A DNA stretch of 64,000 bases from Dudresnaya verticillata (GCA_977862235.1 OZ374564.1:2046001-2110000); one strand, 5' to 3'. Numbered from the stretch's first letter, positions 11,086 to 23,332 are shown. A program made the numbers and translations. The notes: a model not told the origin generated them from the sequence alone.

Positions 11086-12328
11086 CCGCTAACCGTTGCG
11101 AATGCCGACTCGACAAAAAACCACAAGGGCTCCGCTAAGGGAAAGCCAATGCGCCGCCCAGCCAAGGCACGCCGCTAACCGAAACGGAAGGCAAGCCACT
11201 GTAGCTCGGGGCCGCAACTCCCCGCGTTGTGGCGACCCAGTTATGGGGACTGACTCTTATCGATGTCTGCTACCGTTACGGGAGGTCGTCCTCGCTCACA
11301 CTGGGAGATACTCGTCCGTCACGGAACTCGCTCTGAACACCTCGGCAGAGCCGTAACGGTGTTCTTCGTAGCCATTCTGGGAGGGGCACGCCTTTTTCTT
11401 GCGATGGGCGGCCGCCCCAGCACGTTTGGGCCAAGAACGGCCCCTTCCGCGACGGTACAGGAAAATTCCCCGGTCTCATTATTCTTCTCAGAGTCCCGGG
11501 GTATATATTAATATTGATGTTAATATTAATATTTTCAATATATTATTATATTGAAAATAATATATTAACACCGTCGCGGGTTGGGTTCATCTCAAGAGGG
11601 AGGGGTTCGTGGTGTGTCTCATAAGGGCAGGGGTGAAGGTATTCGCCTGTAACCGCTACCGATTCCTGAAACACGCCGCCTGCGCCGGTTTGTGGCGTAC
11701 CTAGCCCCCCAACTTCTCGCCACCCAAGTTGGAACAACTTCCGTCAGGAGGTTGCGGGTGTGAAGTACCGTCATCCGATCGGAGTACGAATTGTCCGTGT
11801 GGATATGGGAGCGTAATCGATGGCGTGTTTGAGCAGACCGTTGGGGAAACTTATTCTGCTACGGTGAGAGCAACACTCTCCAAGAGTGTTTGCTCCTTTA
11901 CGTGTGGTCGGACCCTCATGTCGGATTTTTGCAAATGAGGCTGTCTGTGAGGTGTCTGGATTGCAATCCCGTTACGGTGAAAGAGGGGTAAGATCTGGCG
12001 TCTGCTCCGCTGACACACGGGAGGAACCCGTTACGGATGTTTTATGAGGCAGAAGACTGGCGACCAGCCTGGGCAAGAAACCCTTGCGGATGGCACGCGA
12101 CACTCGCTTCAAGCGCGTTTTGGTTATTCTCCGTGACGGAAGTCCTGGTCGCCGAGGTGCGTGGTGTTTCCCAACGCATCGAAGCAAACCGTGACGGCAG
12201 TAGAGCAGTTTGTGGTTGACGAAGGACCTGGAAAAGCTGCTCGAATCCGTTGACCGTGCATCGGACCCAAGTCGCAACTCTATCAAGGTGGGCGCACGAG
12301 GACTTGGTGCCATTTAAGGAGGGGGGTC

Positions 12329-12984
12329 TGTGGTGAAGTGAGATTCGGCATCCGAAACGGTGGAAATGCATATAGTGTGGCCTGAACCGTTGTGGGATTT
12401 GTGCATGTGTATCCATGTCGGTTTTGGGTGCATTGTTGTGTGCTGGCGTACATTGTTGTGCAGCAGTGGAGCGCACCAACCGAAGCGGAGTATTTGTAGT
12501 ATTTATTCTTTATTTTTAGTGAGTATCTTTACAGTGTGCAGAGTAGCGCGCCAGCCAATGAGAATGCTGCGCATGTCCGTGTCGGAGATATGGACTAGCA
12601 GGGCCGATTCCACCATGGGTCCAGACCACTAGGGTCTGGCCCCCACGGACCGGACTGCTCGGTGCCACCCTGACCTGTATATCAGGGCGGCACCGCAGCG
12701 GCTCCTAAGGTAAACGGGCAAGCAACCTTAGCCCAATCCTTTACGGTTTTCCCCGCGCCGAGCCCGTTGCGTTCTACCACCACCACCGCTACGGAGTCCG
12801 TCCCGGCACCTGTACCACCCCCTTGTCTGTTGCTTCCCAATATCCGTCTCGGTTAGCCGCTCGCTGTTCTCCCGTCTCGGTGCGAACTGCTCTACCACCC
12901 CGTGGAGGTAGTGTTGCTCTCGTCCGTCAAGGAAAGTCAGGCCAGCTGTCCGTCTCGGAGTTCGTGGGGTTTCACTACACCACA
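12329..12984 (+). repeat. LTR family A, 3' LTR (short subtype)
   Basis: Preceded by PPT; TGTGGTGAAGTG...CACTACACCACA. Lacks the GCCTCAATCCCACTGTAGCTCTT-type segment seen in the 5' LTR. Confidence 0.92.
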
Positions 12985-13001
12985 CACAGCACGACCTTGC
13001 A

Positions 13002-13310
13002 GAAACCTAAAAACTAATATCAATATTGACGAATAGGTTTTCACGGTGCGCGAGATCGAATATCTGTTTAATAGGAAAACTACACTAAATCTGGAAATAC
13101 CTATATAGGTATTTTCCAAATCACTTTCACAAAACCTATTGCAACAGGTTTTGCTGTCGGCGCGTCAGAAATACCTTTATAGGTATTTGTAAGCACGCAA
13201 CCAGAATACCTATTAGAAAGGTTTTTGCGTCGCCGGGTCGAGAAAACCTAAAAACTAATATCGATATTGCCGGATAGGTCCCGGCGGCTCGCATTCGCAG
13301 AAACCTATCC
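13002..13310. repeat. Array of ACCT...AGGT palindromes plus a ~37-bp direct repeat
   Basis: Perfect palindrome AAATACCTATATAGGTATTT at 13095-13114; near-palindromes at 13130-13153 and 13169-13188. AAACCTAAAAACTAATATC(A/G)ATATTG...ATAGGT occurs near 13003 and 13244. Confidence 0.8.
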
Positions 13311-13548
13311 GGCCATCTCGGAATCACACAGTCCCGTCGCTGCAGGCACGCGGCCGCGCGGTCGGTATGGCACACATCAGAATAGCTGCATCTGCTTCCC
13401 TGCCCAAAACGCCCCCTGCGCATCACACCCACACCCTCAGCTGTATGTGCCGACCTGAGCAGGCTGCAGTCGCAGCGCAGCGTCGACGTCCGCCTGGTGT
13501 TGTCGAGGTCTGCCGCGTCTGCAACCGCGCTGAACGCACATCGATGCA

Positions 13549-13968
13549 ACCATTGGCCTGTAAACCGAAAGCAACAGCTTCATAGTGTCAATAGCGTCGA
13601 AACTGGGCTCCTTATCCTCTTGCATGTCGCGATTGTATTCCAGAGGAATTCCCTTCATAATCATAAGCAAAGTCGCAAAGTCTCCTTAAACCCGACCAGT
13701 TTTTCCACGCGTCAGCTCACACATGTCTGGGTTCTTCTTCTGTGGCATAAGGGAGCTTGCCGTGCAAAACGCGTCGCCAAGTTCAACCCACCCAGCTTCT
13801 TGGCTCATCAAGAATATGATATCCTCTCCGAGGCGGGACAGATGCATCATTACAATGCTGCAAGTCGAAACTAGCTCTGTTTCGAAGTCGCGGTCACTAA
13901 CGGCGTCCAGGGAATTGTTGCATACGCCGCCAAAGCCCAGTTCCTTCGCGACGAAATCGCGGAGGAAG
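13549..13968 (-). pseudogene. argH: Argininosuccinate lyase internal fragment with in-frame stop
   Basis: [30 protein letters not shown] (lyase signature), [30 protein letters not shown]. No N- or C-terminal part is present. Confidence 0.9.
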
Positions 13969-14433
13969 CTATAAACACCAGTAGAGGTCTTCTGGACCCC
14001 GCAGCGTTTCTCATGACTCAAGCGTATATGGAATGAATAGCTATCGCGTTCTTCAGCAAATGTGAAAGCGTCCTTGACAAATTGAGCGTAAAGGTCAAGG
14101 GCCATTTCATAGTTGGAAAGCGAGGCAGATCTGCCTGCAGTACTCGAGCGCACATATTGCGCAAGGGAGTGCGAAAAACGGGAGGCAGTCTACTTCACTC
14201 TGCAGCGTCATGCATAACGAAAGCGGATATGCAGGGCATCCAAATCGAAAGTAGTCGTGGCAGTGTGGTAAGATATGCCACATCAAGGACAATCAGCGTT
14301 ACTTTATGTCAGCGTTACGTTATGCCACATCAAGGGCATTCAGAGTAGGTATTGAGTGATTAGCATTCCGAGGTTCACAGCAATTCCCTTCTACTTCCAT
14401 CCAGGAGCGTTAAGACTTTAATGGACTATCGTG

Positions 14434-17400
14434 CTACGATTTCTGTATGGAGTCTCCTATCTTCTTAACGGCTTGGGGAAGGCATCTATTTGATAGCTTC
14501 TGAAACTCAACGAGGACAGACGTGGCATCAACATCGTCCGTCCATGCTTTCCTGGCTCTGGTGTAGACAGAAGGGCGATATTTACCGTCCCACGCGTCCT
14601 GTCCTGAACCAACCTCATACCACCTGATTGACAGGGTGCAAACGACACCCGCGCTTTCCTTCTTCCAGCCCTGTCCCTGTCCGATCCAGAAAGGCACATT
14701 ATTGTCCTTAATGTTCAGCACCACGAAACGGTTGACACCATACGTCAAGTCAAAACGCTGCGTCTCGTGCTCAGCGTCATCCTGCTCCTCAGCTTCTCTA
14801 TCTGCATCCTCCCCCAGTTCACCATCGCTTTCGAAAACTTGCTGCGACTTTCTATATACCCCCTTCTTCTCGAATACCTTTGTCAGGTCCTAATGCAGAA
14901 GCTCCTCGCGATCGCGGAAGACCTCATCGCGCAACTTTTGTAACTCCTTTAACTTCGCGGAGTCGTTGATTCGCAGCTCCTCTGAGCGTAAGTGCTTGCT
15001 TACTTCTTCTTTATCTGGAGGGGAGATTATCGCAGTGACAGGTGTCTTTCCCAACTCGGGTGGGAATAGCAAGAAACCTTGTTGAGGTCCCTTTGTTTTC
15101 AACGCCTTCCACGAATCCTTGCAGCCCACTCGTACCTCACACTTCGTCTTATAATAAGCTGCAGTAGAGCCGGAGTCCAGTTCCGATCTGGACAATTTGA
15201 AGTAGCGAAAGTGGGAGAAAGGCTCAACCCCCCAATACACTTTTCCTGTTTGCAGAGTCCGGACCAGTTCGCGATGTGTCGCATGCGCGTCACTATAGGC
15301 GCGGGTGTGTACGATTGGCGTAGTTCCTCCATCAAGTCCTGCATAGTCACCGCGTCGTGGACGCGAAGCCTCCTGGAGGTGCAACTAAAATTTTGGTCGA
15401 TGTCGGCATGTGTGTGCCCGATTGGCAAGAAAGACACATGCACTTTAGTGAATACCCCCCACGACAAGAGCGACTCCAAGTACGCGAGTAGGACAGTGTT
15501 CTTGTTTTCACGTGTACAGTTGTCTCCTTGCAGAAAGAGAGTGCCCCGGACCTCCCCTCTATCATATTTGGTTTCTAACACGCGGTGCAACGCCTCAACA
15601 ATATGGTTTGCACCGGATTCGAACTCGGCAGTCATTGTTAATAACAACAATCGATCTGCAGCACCGTGGTCCAGTACTCCTATTAACTTTGCCGCCAGCG
15701 CATGATCCGTTGTGGCTTTCGATCGAACATGGAAGTGCGGCAGACCATACGCCGATTGATCTGCACCATCGATAATCATTGAGCAATACCTTGTCGGCGA
15801 GGGTTTTTCCATGTCGCATTTCTTCCGGTACTCGATTCTTTCCTGCCTTACCATCTCTATATGCCGCCTGCGGCGCTGTCTCAGTCTCTCTGTTGCCGTC
15901 TGGTCTACACCCCCCGAAGTCATGCGGGCAAGTTGGTCCCTCACAGTCTCGCATTCGGCACACTTCGCGAATCGGTGGGTTTTGCGCACTTTGATCCTTG
16001 CGCAATGTGCAGTCCAAACCGTGTAAAAGTAGCTTTGAGAAGGCGGTGTCTTTCCTCGGCACAATTTGGACAGCTCACGCACAAAGACCTCGTACACCGC
16101 CTCTTTTTGAAAGAAGGATAGATGAAGCTCGTCTCTGTCCGGCATTGCGTCAGATATAGCTTCCGCTAACCTCTCTAAGAAGCTCATAATGAGTTCAAGA
16201 GAGTCTGTGGAAGCATCTCGCGAGCTCTTTCCGGGGCGGGCGCTCCTTCGGGCCTGTCTCGTTCCTTTCGTTGAAGACTGCAAGTCCCTCGAAAATCCAA
16301 ATGCCCGTTCCAGAAACGTGTAACACACCGACCTGGCGTTGAAGAAGTACATATTAGAGTTGAGTTCCAACAGGCTTCGTAGATATGCCCACCGAGCTGC
16401 TCTGTTCATTACAATCGTACGCCTCGCTTCCTCCTGAATATATGTGCTTTCAATTGTCGCAAAACATTGTTTTGACTGACAACATAACCATGACGAGATG
16501 TTCGTGTCCTCAAGGTCTTCGAGCAGTTTCCGGCGCTTGCTGGGCATCAAAGGAGCACAACGGGTTCCTTTTGGCCTGCTGTGATAGTTGTAACTTCGCT
16601 TCTGCCGGGTGTGCCCTTGTGTTATGTCCACATCCCCCTCTTCCGGCCCTGTGCTAACAGCAGCAGTTGCCTCCCCAAGAGGGCTGGGCACCGCGTTTGC
16701 CTCAACTGGTCGTTCTATTTCGGCATCCTCCTCATCCTCAGCACTTTATGTATCGCCCCCGTCACCCTCCGGTACGTTTCCGTCGTTACCAGATTCTTGT
16801 GATTCCGAAGAATCCTTAGTACTCGGTCTGGGTATACCAGCTGTATTTGAAACCTCTGATCGAGGTCGCTATCGCGGTCTAGTTCGACGTGTGTATTGCA
16901 GAGGTGCTGCGGTCAATACCGGCGAAGGAGCTGTTTGCGGGGAATCAACAGTCAGCCTCTTTCCTCGTCGACGACTCTTTGGCGGTGTTTTCATAGAAGG
17001 TTCCTCCCCAGGGAGACTGGTCGCGGGGAGAGGTGTGTCTGCTGCAGCACTGGAGCGGGCGGCAGCATGTTTGTTTCGCATCTGCGCGACATCCCAGACA
17101 TGCATTCCTACCTCAAGACCGCGAAGAGTAGCAGATGGATCTTCGACGCCCTTGTAGGTGTAACGGTAGGGCTTCGAAGCACATTATTCTTCTATCTTCA
17201 CCTTGTAAATGACCGCCAATGTTTGGCCTTCCTCCTCGACCTCGTGCAGATAATGCCCATGTAGTCTAGTGCAATAGCACCCTGTGCTGTCCGCTGCACT
17301 AGGCTCTGGCGGGGCGAGCGGCTCAGCGGTGCCGACTATCAGCCCTTTGTCGAGCAACTGAACACGCCTTTGCGTAGGGGGAGTAACAACTTCCTTCCCA

Positions 17401-17438
17401 TCATCACCTTCACGCACTGCAGCTGAAGATGCCGACAT
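14434..17438 (-). mobile_element. Sola-type DDD transposase pseudogene (~1000 codons originally)
   Basis: IIDGADQ, LQGDNCTRENKN, FLPIGHTHADIDQNFS; upstream CCQSKQC and FAKCAEC Zn-like motifs. ORFs 17184-17438, 16869-17105 and 15099-16691 share a frame. After a shift near 15.23 kb, 14890-15384 and 14434-14748 share a frame. Confidence 0.8.
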
Positions 17439-20400
17439 TTCTGGTCCAGCTTGCAGACCGTTATCGTCTCCACGTCGCAGAGATCTCCTTTCAGCTGATG
17501 ATACAACTGGTAATTACTGTTGTGGAGACGAAGACAGGTGCTGACGCTGGTGGCACGTCTAGGAGATATCGGAAAGTGGCATGGAACCACCTGATTTGCC
17601 AGTCTGATTCTAGGAGGTTCTGGTATTTTCAGAACGAGATCACGAAAATGTACATGACCAGGCGCATACGACCCGGTCGGAGCAAAGATGCTTGGAGCAG
17701 GTCTGCTGCACCACTCAGTGACAGTCAACATATGTCTACAAACTGGGCAGGAACAGAGCATATTGTAGTCACGGGGGAAGTGAAGTGGGAGTTTGTGCAA
17801 TCGTGCCTGTGATGTGTATCGAGGCCATCTTTGCATATTGCGTTGATATTTCATGGGTGAAAACTAAACCGGCAGTGCGCATGCTTCCTAGCGCCAGAGG
17901 GTAGTTGGTATATTTGCTATTACCCGATCCCTTTCAGTATCAACAGCGCATGTTATGAGGCAAACGGGGCTGGTTCTTATGGTGGCACTGGCCTTAGGGT
18001 TGGAAGACAGCGACATGACTAGAGATTCGGCTCGTCACACGACGCAGAAGAAGAAAACCCGCACAAACGAAGAAATACTACCGGCGGCTATAAGGGGCCA
18101 CTTAGTTATCTGCCTCGACGGAGAAAGCCCTAATCACAACAACCTAGAATTGTTGCTCCGTCGAATTTGGCTTCGAAGAAGGGGAAATAAGATGAAGGCT
18201 CCAGGTTTCGTTTTCCATACTCGGTTCAACATATTCAAAACCGATTTGCCCTGCATTGACTCTACAGTTGCTTCTTGCACACCATGACACTTTCGTTTGC
18301 TGTGTACGCTATGGCGTAGAATCTTTGCAGCTTTTACGTGGGTACGGCAGGTTCGACGACTGGGCATAAACTTAGCGTAACAGCAAGAACACAGACCTGT
18401 TTAACCTCAATTGAGGTACGCTTAAGCGTTCTCCAATGGTAAGCCTAACCATCCACAAGTTGGATTCGAAACTACAGCATCCATGGCAGGGTTGGGTGGC
18501 GGCCTACGTGCCTTAGTTCGATTTGTGACGTTTACCAGTATGCTGGCTGCTAGCACAACTGGACCACAGGTGCTTCCCAAGCCGCAAAAGAAGACTAACA
18601 GACTCGGCCTCAAATGAATGACTACATACAATGTACAATCGATGGGATATTCGTACGCTCAGGGGTTAGTAATATGAACGCCTAGGAGATGAATACTGCA
18701 AGAAGCAGCGCTATGCTTCTGGTGAAATGATGATATCATCTCTGTTCACGCCATTAGTAGCGAGGATACACTGCATCGGGCATAGAATGCCAGGTGCACG
18801 TTAGTAGCGAATGGCGTTTTGCAATCTGGCAGATACACAGCTCCTGGACCCTACAATGAACTTCAGCCTTCAAGGCTCAGTTACTCTGAGTTCGGCTTTG
18901 ACCATTACAGTTTATTGAGGAGCTGTCCCGGTATAAACTTCGAACGTGTTGCATGAGGCGTCTTTCCAGTTTGGTATGGACGTGGACCATCTCAAACACC
19001 TTCTTGAAGCATAGTATATGAATGGGATTGTATTTATGTTGCCTTATCGAGACCTTTTTCTTGGAATTCCACATATGCTGATAGTCGTTCCAGGAACGAC
19101 TTGTTCACGGGTAGAAACAGCAGATGACGGGCAGCATGCGCAATGTTCTTGTAGGGCCGCACTGCACATGGTCCTGGTGTCTAAGGGCTAGAGCAAGCAG
19201 AAACTGTTGTTAGGATAGATCCTCTGCACACTCGATGACATGGGGAAAAACAGCTCGCTCACTTTGACACAGTCTGGCAGACAGCGCAGCACTGTTCATT
19301 CGTTTCGTGTGGACAGAGTGGATGCCAGAGTGGATGCCGGACCTGAGGGTGGGCAACGGCGCCCAGCGCCTAGTCCAGATCACTGCGCACGACTGGGCTC
19401 CGAACTCGCGCTCATGTCGAGGTTTTGGCGGCAGCTAAGTGGCCTGAAGTAAGAGCGTGAACGAAGAAGGATGCAGAGCTCGGCATGAAGGAGCCGTTAG
19501 TCGGTACAGGACCTGGAGAATCAAAAGTTCTCTATACCAGGCTGCACATTCTTTACAACCGAGAAGAAGAACATGGGAGAGCAGCTAACTCCGTAGACAG
19601 GAACAGTAAACAAGGTAGCAAAGCTGTCTTCCAGGCCATCTATACTGAAGCGCATAACAAGGACCGAAAACGTGAAAGACTTTGCATGCAATACGTAGAA
19701 ACGCTGCTGTTGGAACTGCCATGCACAAAACGTGTTTTGCAATGGTTTGAGTACTCTCATCGCCATTACAACTCTTCGCGTTGCCCCTCAGTCAAACCAA
19801 ACAGATGGTCACTGAATATTAGAGTACAAGCTGGGGGCAAAATGATCAGCATGCATGCAACACTAGAAGCGAACATTTTAGGTACGGTGTTATCGTAGAA
19901 CGAACACAACGTCATTACCAGCATCGTTGAAGACGCAACAAAGTTCATAAAAGAAAGAGGAACTATACTTGCAAGATATCAAGATGGACTGCCACGAGCT
20001 CGAATTCTGGCGGGCACTTGGAACATCTGAGAGACCGAGAGCAGCACCAAAACCACGCATGCCTTTCAACTAGACCACATCGTGAGCTGCATTGGACGGA
20101 CGAGTAGTTCTGCAATACTGCGGCTGCCTGTACGCGTGATGAGGGGCCCATGGAAGTAGCGTAGGTTACCACAAAATCCGAATTAAAAAATCTCAGAAAT
20201 TACAGCAAAATTAATTATTTCAGACCCGCTGCCGGGTTAGCACGCCAACCAACATAACTCGCGAACTACTACTTAGTTCTCTACTCTGTTTGCACCAGCG
20301 TGCTCAGAGGACGCTGCCCTTTCCAACACATGTACTTTGGAAGCGTTTTATTTCAGTCTGTTTTCAAAGTACATTATGTAACGCGGGAAACCAGTGTTGA

Positions 20401-20527
20401 AGGCGCACGAAGGACAAGGGAACGTTGAGAACGGTAGCCGCATCGGTTGTGTGTGTGGGTGTGGAATCGATGGCAATCCGTGACGGTGGGCGCCCGAGGA
20501 CGTGGCGCCATTTAAGGAGGGGGGGTC

Positions 20528-21831
20528 TGTGGTGAAGTGAGCCGTGGCGCGCATGCGGCGCACCGACGGCGAGCCAACCGCAACGGGTGATGTAGCAATA
20601 CGCCACGCTGAAGATCTGGCAACGTGTAACCGTGTCGGGTGTGTGCGCATTACTGTGCACTGGTACGCATCACTGTACTGTAAGTGGAGCGCACCAACCG
20701 TAGCGGAGTATTTGTAGTATTTATTCTTTACTTTTAGTGAGTCTTGTGGTGCAATACACGGGGTAGGTAAGAGGATGCACCTCAGGCTGTTCGATGGCCC
20801 GGTGGTAGCAGGTGAGGTAGTAGCGGTAGAGCAGGGGAATAGCCCCGTAGTGCGACTGTAAAACACTACAAGACCAAGAAAAGGGGGTTACCCTAGAAAG
20901 GAAAGAAAATAAAGGAAAAATAAAGGAAAAACAGGATTCTGTACGATGAAGAAGGGTAGTGTACCCATTGGAGTCCAGCCTAGCGGCGGAGTCGATAGGG
21001 TAGGAGGGTGTGTCTCGCTGGGCCCAAGCTTGGCTGGTTTATTGTATGAGGGCGCACCTCGGGGCCCTAATATTCTATGTACACGCGGATGCGCCGCAAA
21101 TGAAGTAGGGAAGGGAGCGTGCCACTTGGCAATTCGTGGCACGCGGAAAGGGATTAACTAAAAGTAACTAAAATTAAGGGCGCCTGACAGTGCGTACAGT
21201 AGCGAAGATCCGCCACCGTAATCCGACACCCGTCACCACCGGCGCGCACGACTTACAGGCCGGGCGCCTTACAGGGGCAGTCCCCAAGTACATTGCTGGC
21301 GGTGAATCCGCGATTTGAGGGAAATGAGCACAGGTGAGTTGCACCACAAGTCTGTGTACAGTTTGTAGAGTAGCGCGCCAACCAATGAGAATTCTGCGCA
21401 TGTCCGTGTCGGAGATTGGGACCAGCAGGGCCGATTCCACCGTGGTCCCAGACCACTAGGGTCTGGCCCAGACGGACCGGAACGCTCGGTGCCACCCTGA
21501 CTTGTGTATCAGGGTGGCAGCGCACAGGCTCCTAAGGTAAACCGGCAAGAAACCCTTGAGCCTCAATCCCACTGTAGCTCTTTCCTTTACGGTTTTCCCC
21601 GCGCCGAGCCCGTTCCAGTCTACCACCACCACCGTTACGGAGTCCGTCCCGGCACTTGTACCTCCCCCTTGTCTGTTGCTTCCCAATATCCGTTTCGGTT
21701 AGCCGCTCGCTGTTCTCCCGTCTTGGTACGAAATGCTATACCACCCCGTGGAGGTAGTGTCGCTCTCGTCCCATGTAGGAAAGTCAGACCAGCTGTCCGT
21801 TACGGAGTTAGTGGGTTTTCACTACACCAGA
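20528..21831 (+). mobile_element. LTR family A 3' LTR (long subtype) with adjoining PPT, interrupted by a nested solo LTR
   Basis: Preceded by GTGGGCGCCCGAGGACGTGGCGCCATTTAAGGAGGGGGGGTC (similar to 12288-12328). Ends CACTACACCAGA. Sequence resumes after 21348. Confidence 0.88.
20745..21348 (-). mobile_element. Solo LTR family C (604 bp) with TSD AGTCT, nested in LTR-A
   Basis: Perfect inverted termini TGTGGTGCAA...TTGCACCACA. AGTCT at 20740-20744 and 21349-21353. Strand inferred from U5-like motifs. Confidence 0.92.
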
Positions 21832-22722
21832 TCTGCGCCGGAGGCGGGTTGAGCGCGCCGTTGGCCGTCGCCCGTCTGTAGATGCAGACCTATGAACCCG
21901 TTCGAAGCGAAAAGAAGGACCGACCCCGGGCAATACACTTATTATGGCCACGGTATCCGGTACCGGAAGTTCCATTGGGCGCAGGCGGCGGCGCGTCATC
22001 CGCAACTCTGTGGGATTTGTTGGCGTCTGCCTTGTATTTTTTCGATGCGTTCACGCGGTCTATGAGGCGCGATTCCTCGGCCATTGCCTTGATGAAGTTC
22101 TAGAAGTTCTTCTTGAACTCATTCCCTTTCCTCATCTCCATTAACATGTGAATCTTTTGCGGAGCGTTGGATGAGATATACGATTGTAGATTTGCTTGAC
22201 AGCCGTTTTGGGATGCAGTACTGCAAACTGGCACAAGCAGTTCGTATCCATGCCTGTTCAGGATCTTGGTGTACTCCAAGATCATACACCACACTTGGGT
22301 CTCGAGGTTCCTCTCACTTGTTGCTCGTTCGAGTTTGAGCTCCTTGAGAGCCTCCTCAAGTTTTCCTAGGTCGTAGTCGTCAGGACTGAAAACTGCTCGA
22401 GACTCAACAAGATCTTCGAGATGCTTCTCGGTGATGTCAGCAACTAAGTCGACGGGTACCCAATATCCAGACGAAAACACTCCAGGACCTCCGGAGCGAT
22501 CGAGTCCTTGTACGCGGTCAACTCGATCTTCACGTTCAGGTCCGAGTTCTTCTGAGCGATTCTACATAAGTATAACTCGTGGTCCTTCTTGAATGCCACG
22601 AAGTCGGCCGTCTTGATCCCTATCAGCCGCGGGGCCTCAACGGTCTCGACGATCGTCTGATGTACGTTGCTGCTGGTAGCAGCTCCAGCACCTTGTCGAC
22701 ACCTTGTAGTCATCGTGTACAC
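21832..22722 (-). pseudogene. Frameshifted gag-like fragment of a further LTR retrotransposon
   Basis: Successive minus-strand ORFs (VEAPRLIGIKTADFVAFKKDHELY; LGKLEEALKELKL; AEESRLIDRV) lie directly downstream of an LTR-like segment. The gag call rests on position and composition. Confidence 0.6.
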
Positions 22723-22768
22723 GAATAGCCTCTTCAGCCAAACAGTACTCCCCGGGGTGAGTAATTAC

Positions 22769-23332
22769 TGTAACGCAGTCCGGATAAAGAAAGCCACTCG
22801 AGTACGTGGTGGTTGGTAAAGGAGAGAGAAAAGGGAAAAGCGGGAAGGCCAGGCTGGGGGCTAGTGCGTCCTAGGTCACCACGGGTTGTTGGGAGTTCCC
22901 CTCGTCTGTGCTGACGCCCGCGGGCTGCCTTTATTAGATGAAAAGCAGAATGTGAGCTGTGCTGCTCAGGTCGTACGACCCACGCTATTTAGTTGACTGC
23001 ACGATCGCAGCCTCCGCCCTGGATCGGGCAGATCCAGGCTGGCGCAGGTAGTCACGCACTGCCGCCGTCGCGTCGGCCGGCGACGACGGACGGAGCGTCA
23101 TATTGTACAGTACAGTCCTGTACCCAGGCAGGGCACTGGTGTGCTTCAGAGAGGGGGTGCCATACACTGTACAACACTGTACAGTGTACAGCGTTGCCTA
23201 TGCTGGCAGGGTTCGAGTACAGGTAGTACTATTTCCCGACAGGCTCCCTTGCTGGGATTGCACCTGTCCGAACTGCCCAGGCTCCCTGTCCCGGGAGTAC
23301 TCCCAGGTGAGCTGTGCTGCTCGGGTGTTACA
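22769..23332 (-). repeat. Probable 5' LTR (family D) of the gag fragment
   Basis: TGTAAC...GTTACA termini, 564 bp. No TSD, as expected if only one end survives. Confidence 0.55.

Larger units (their letters stand above)
8029..12984 (+). mobile_element. Ty3/gypsy chromovirus element A, internally deleted (no PR/RT/RH/IN core)
   Basis: LTR 8029-8708; PBS 8714-8732; frameshifted gag 8857-10179; integrase C-terminus (DWDLYLQPLTYAYN, ATGPYEV) and chromodomain; PPT AAGGAGGGGGGTC; LTR 12329-12984. Confidence 0.9.

Noticed and set aside
17900..20200. Short ORFs as a Fanzor/TnpB or other nuclease beside the transposase
   Set aside because: No RuvC or Zn-ribbon motif set is visible and the frames are broken by many stops.
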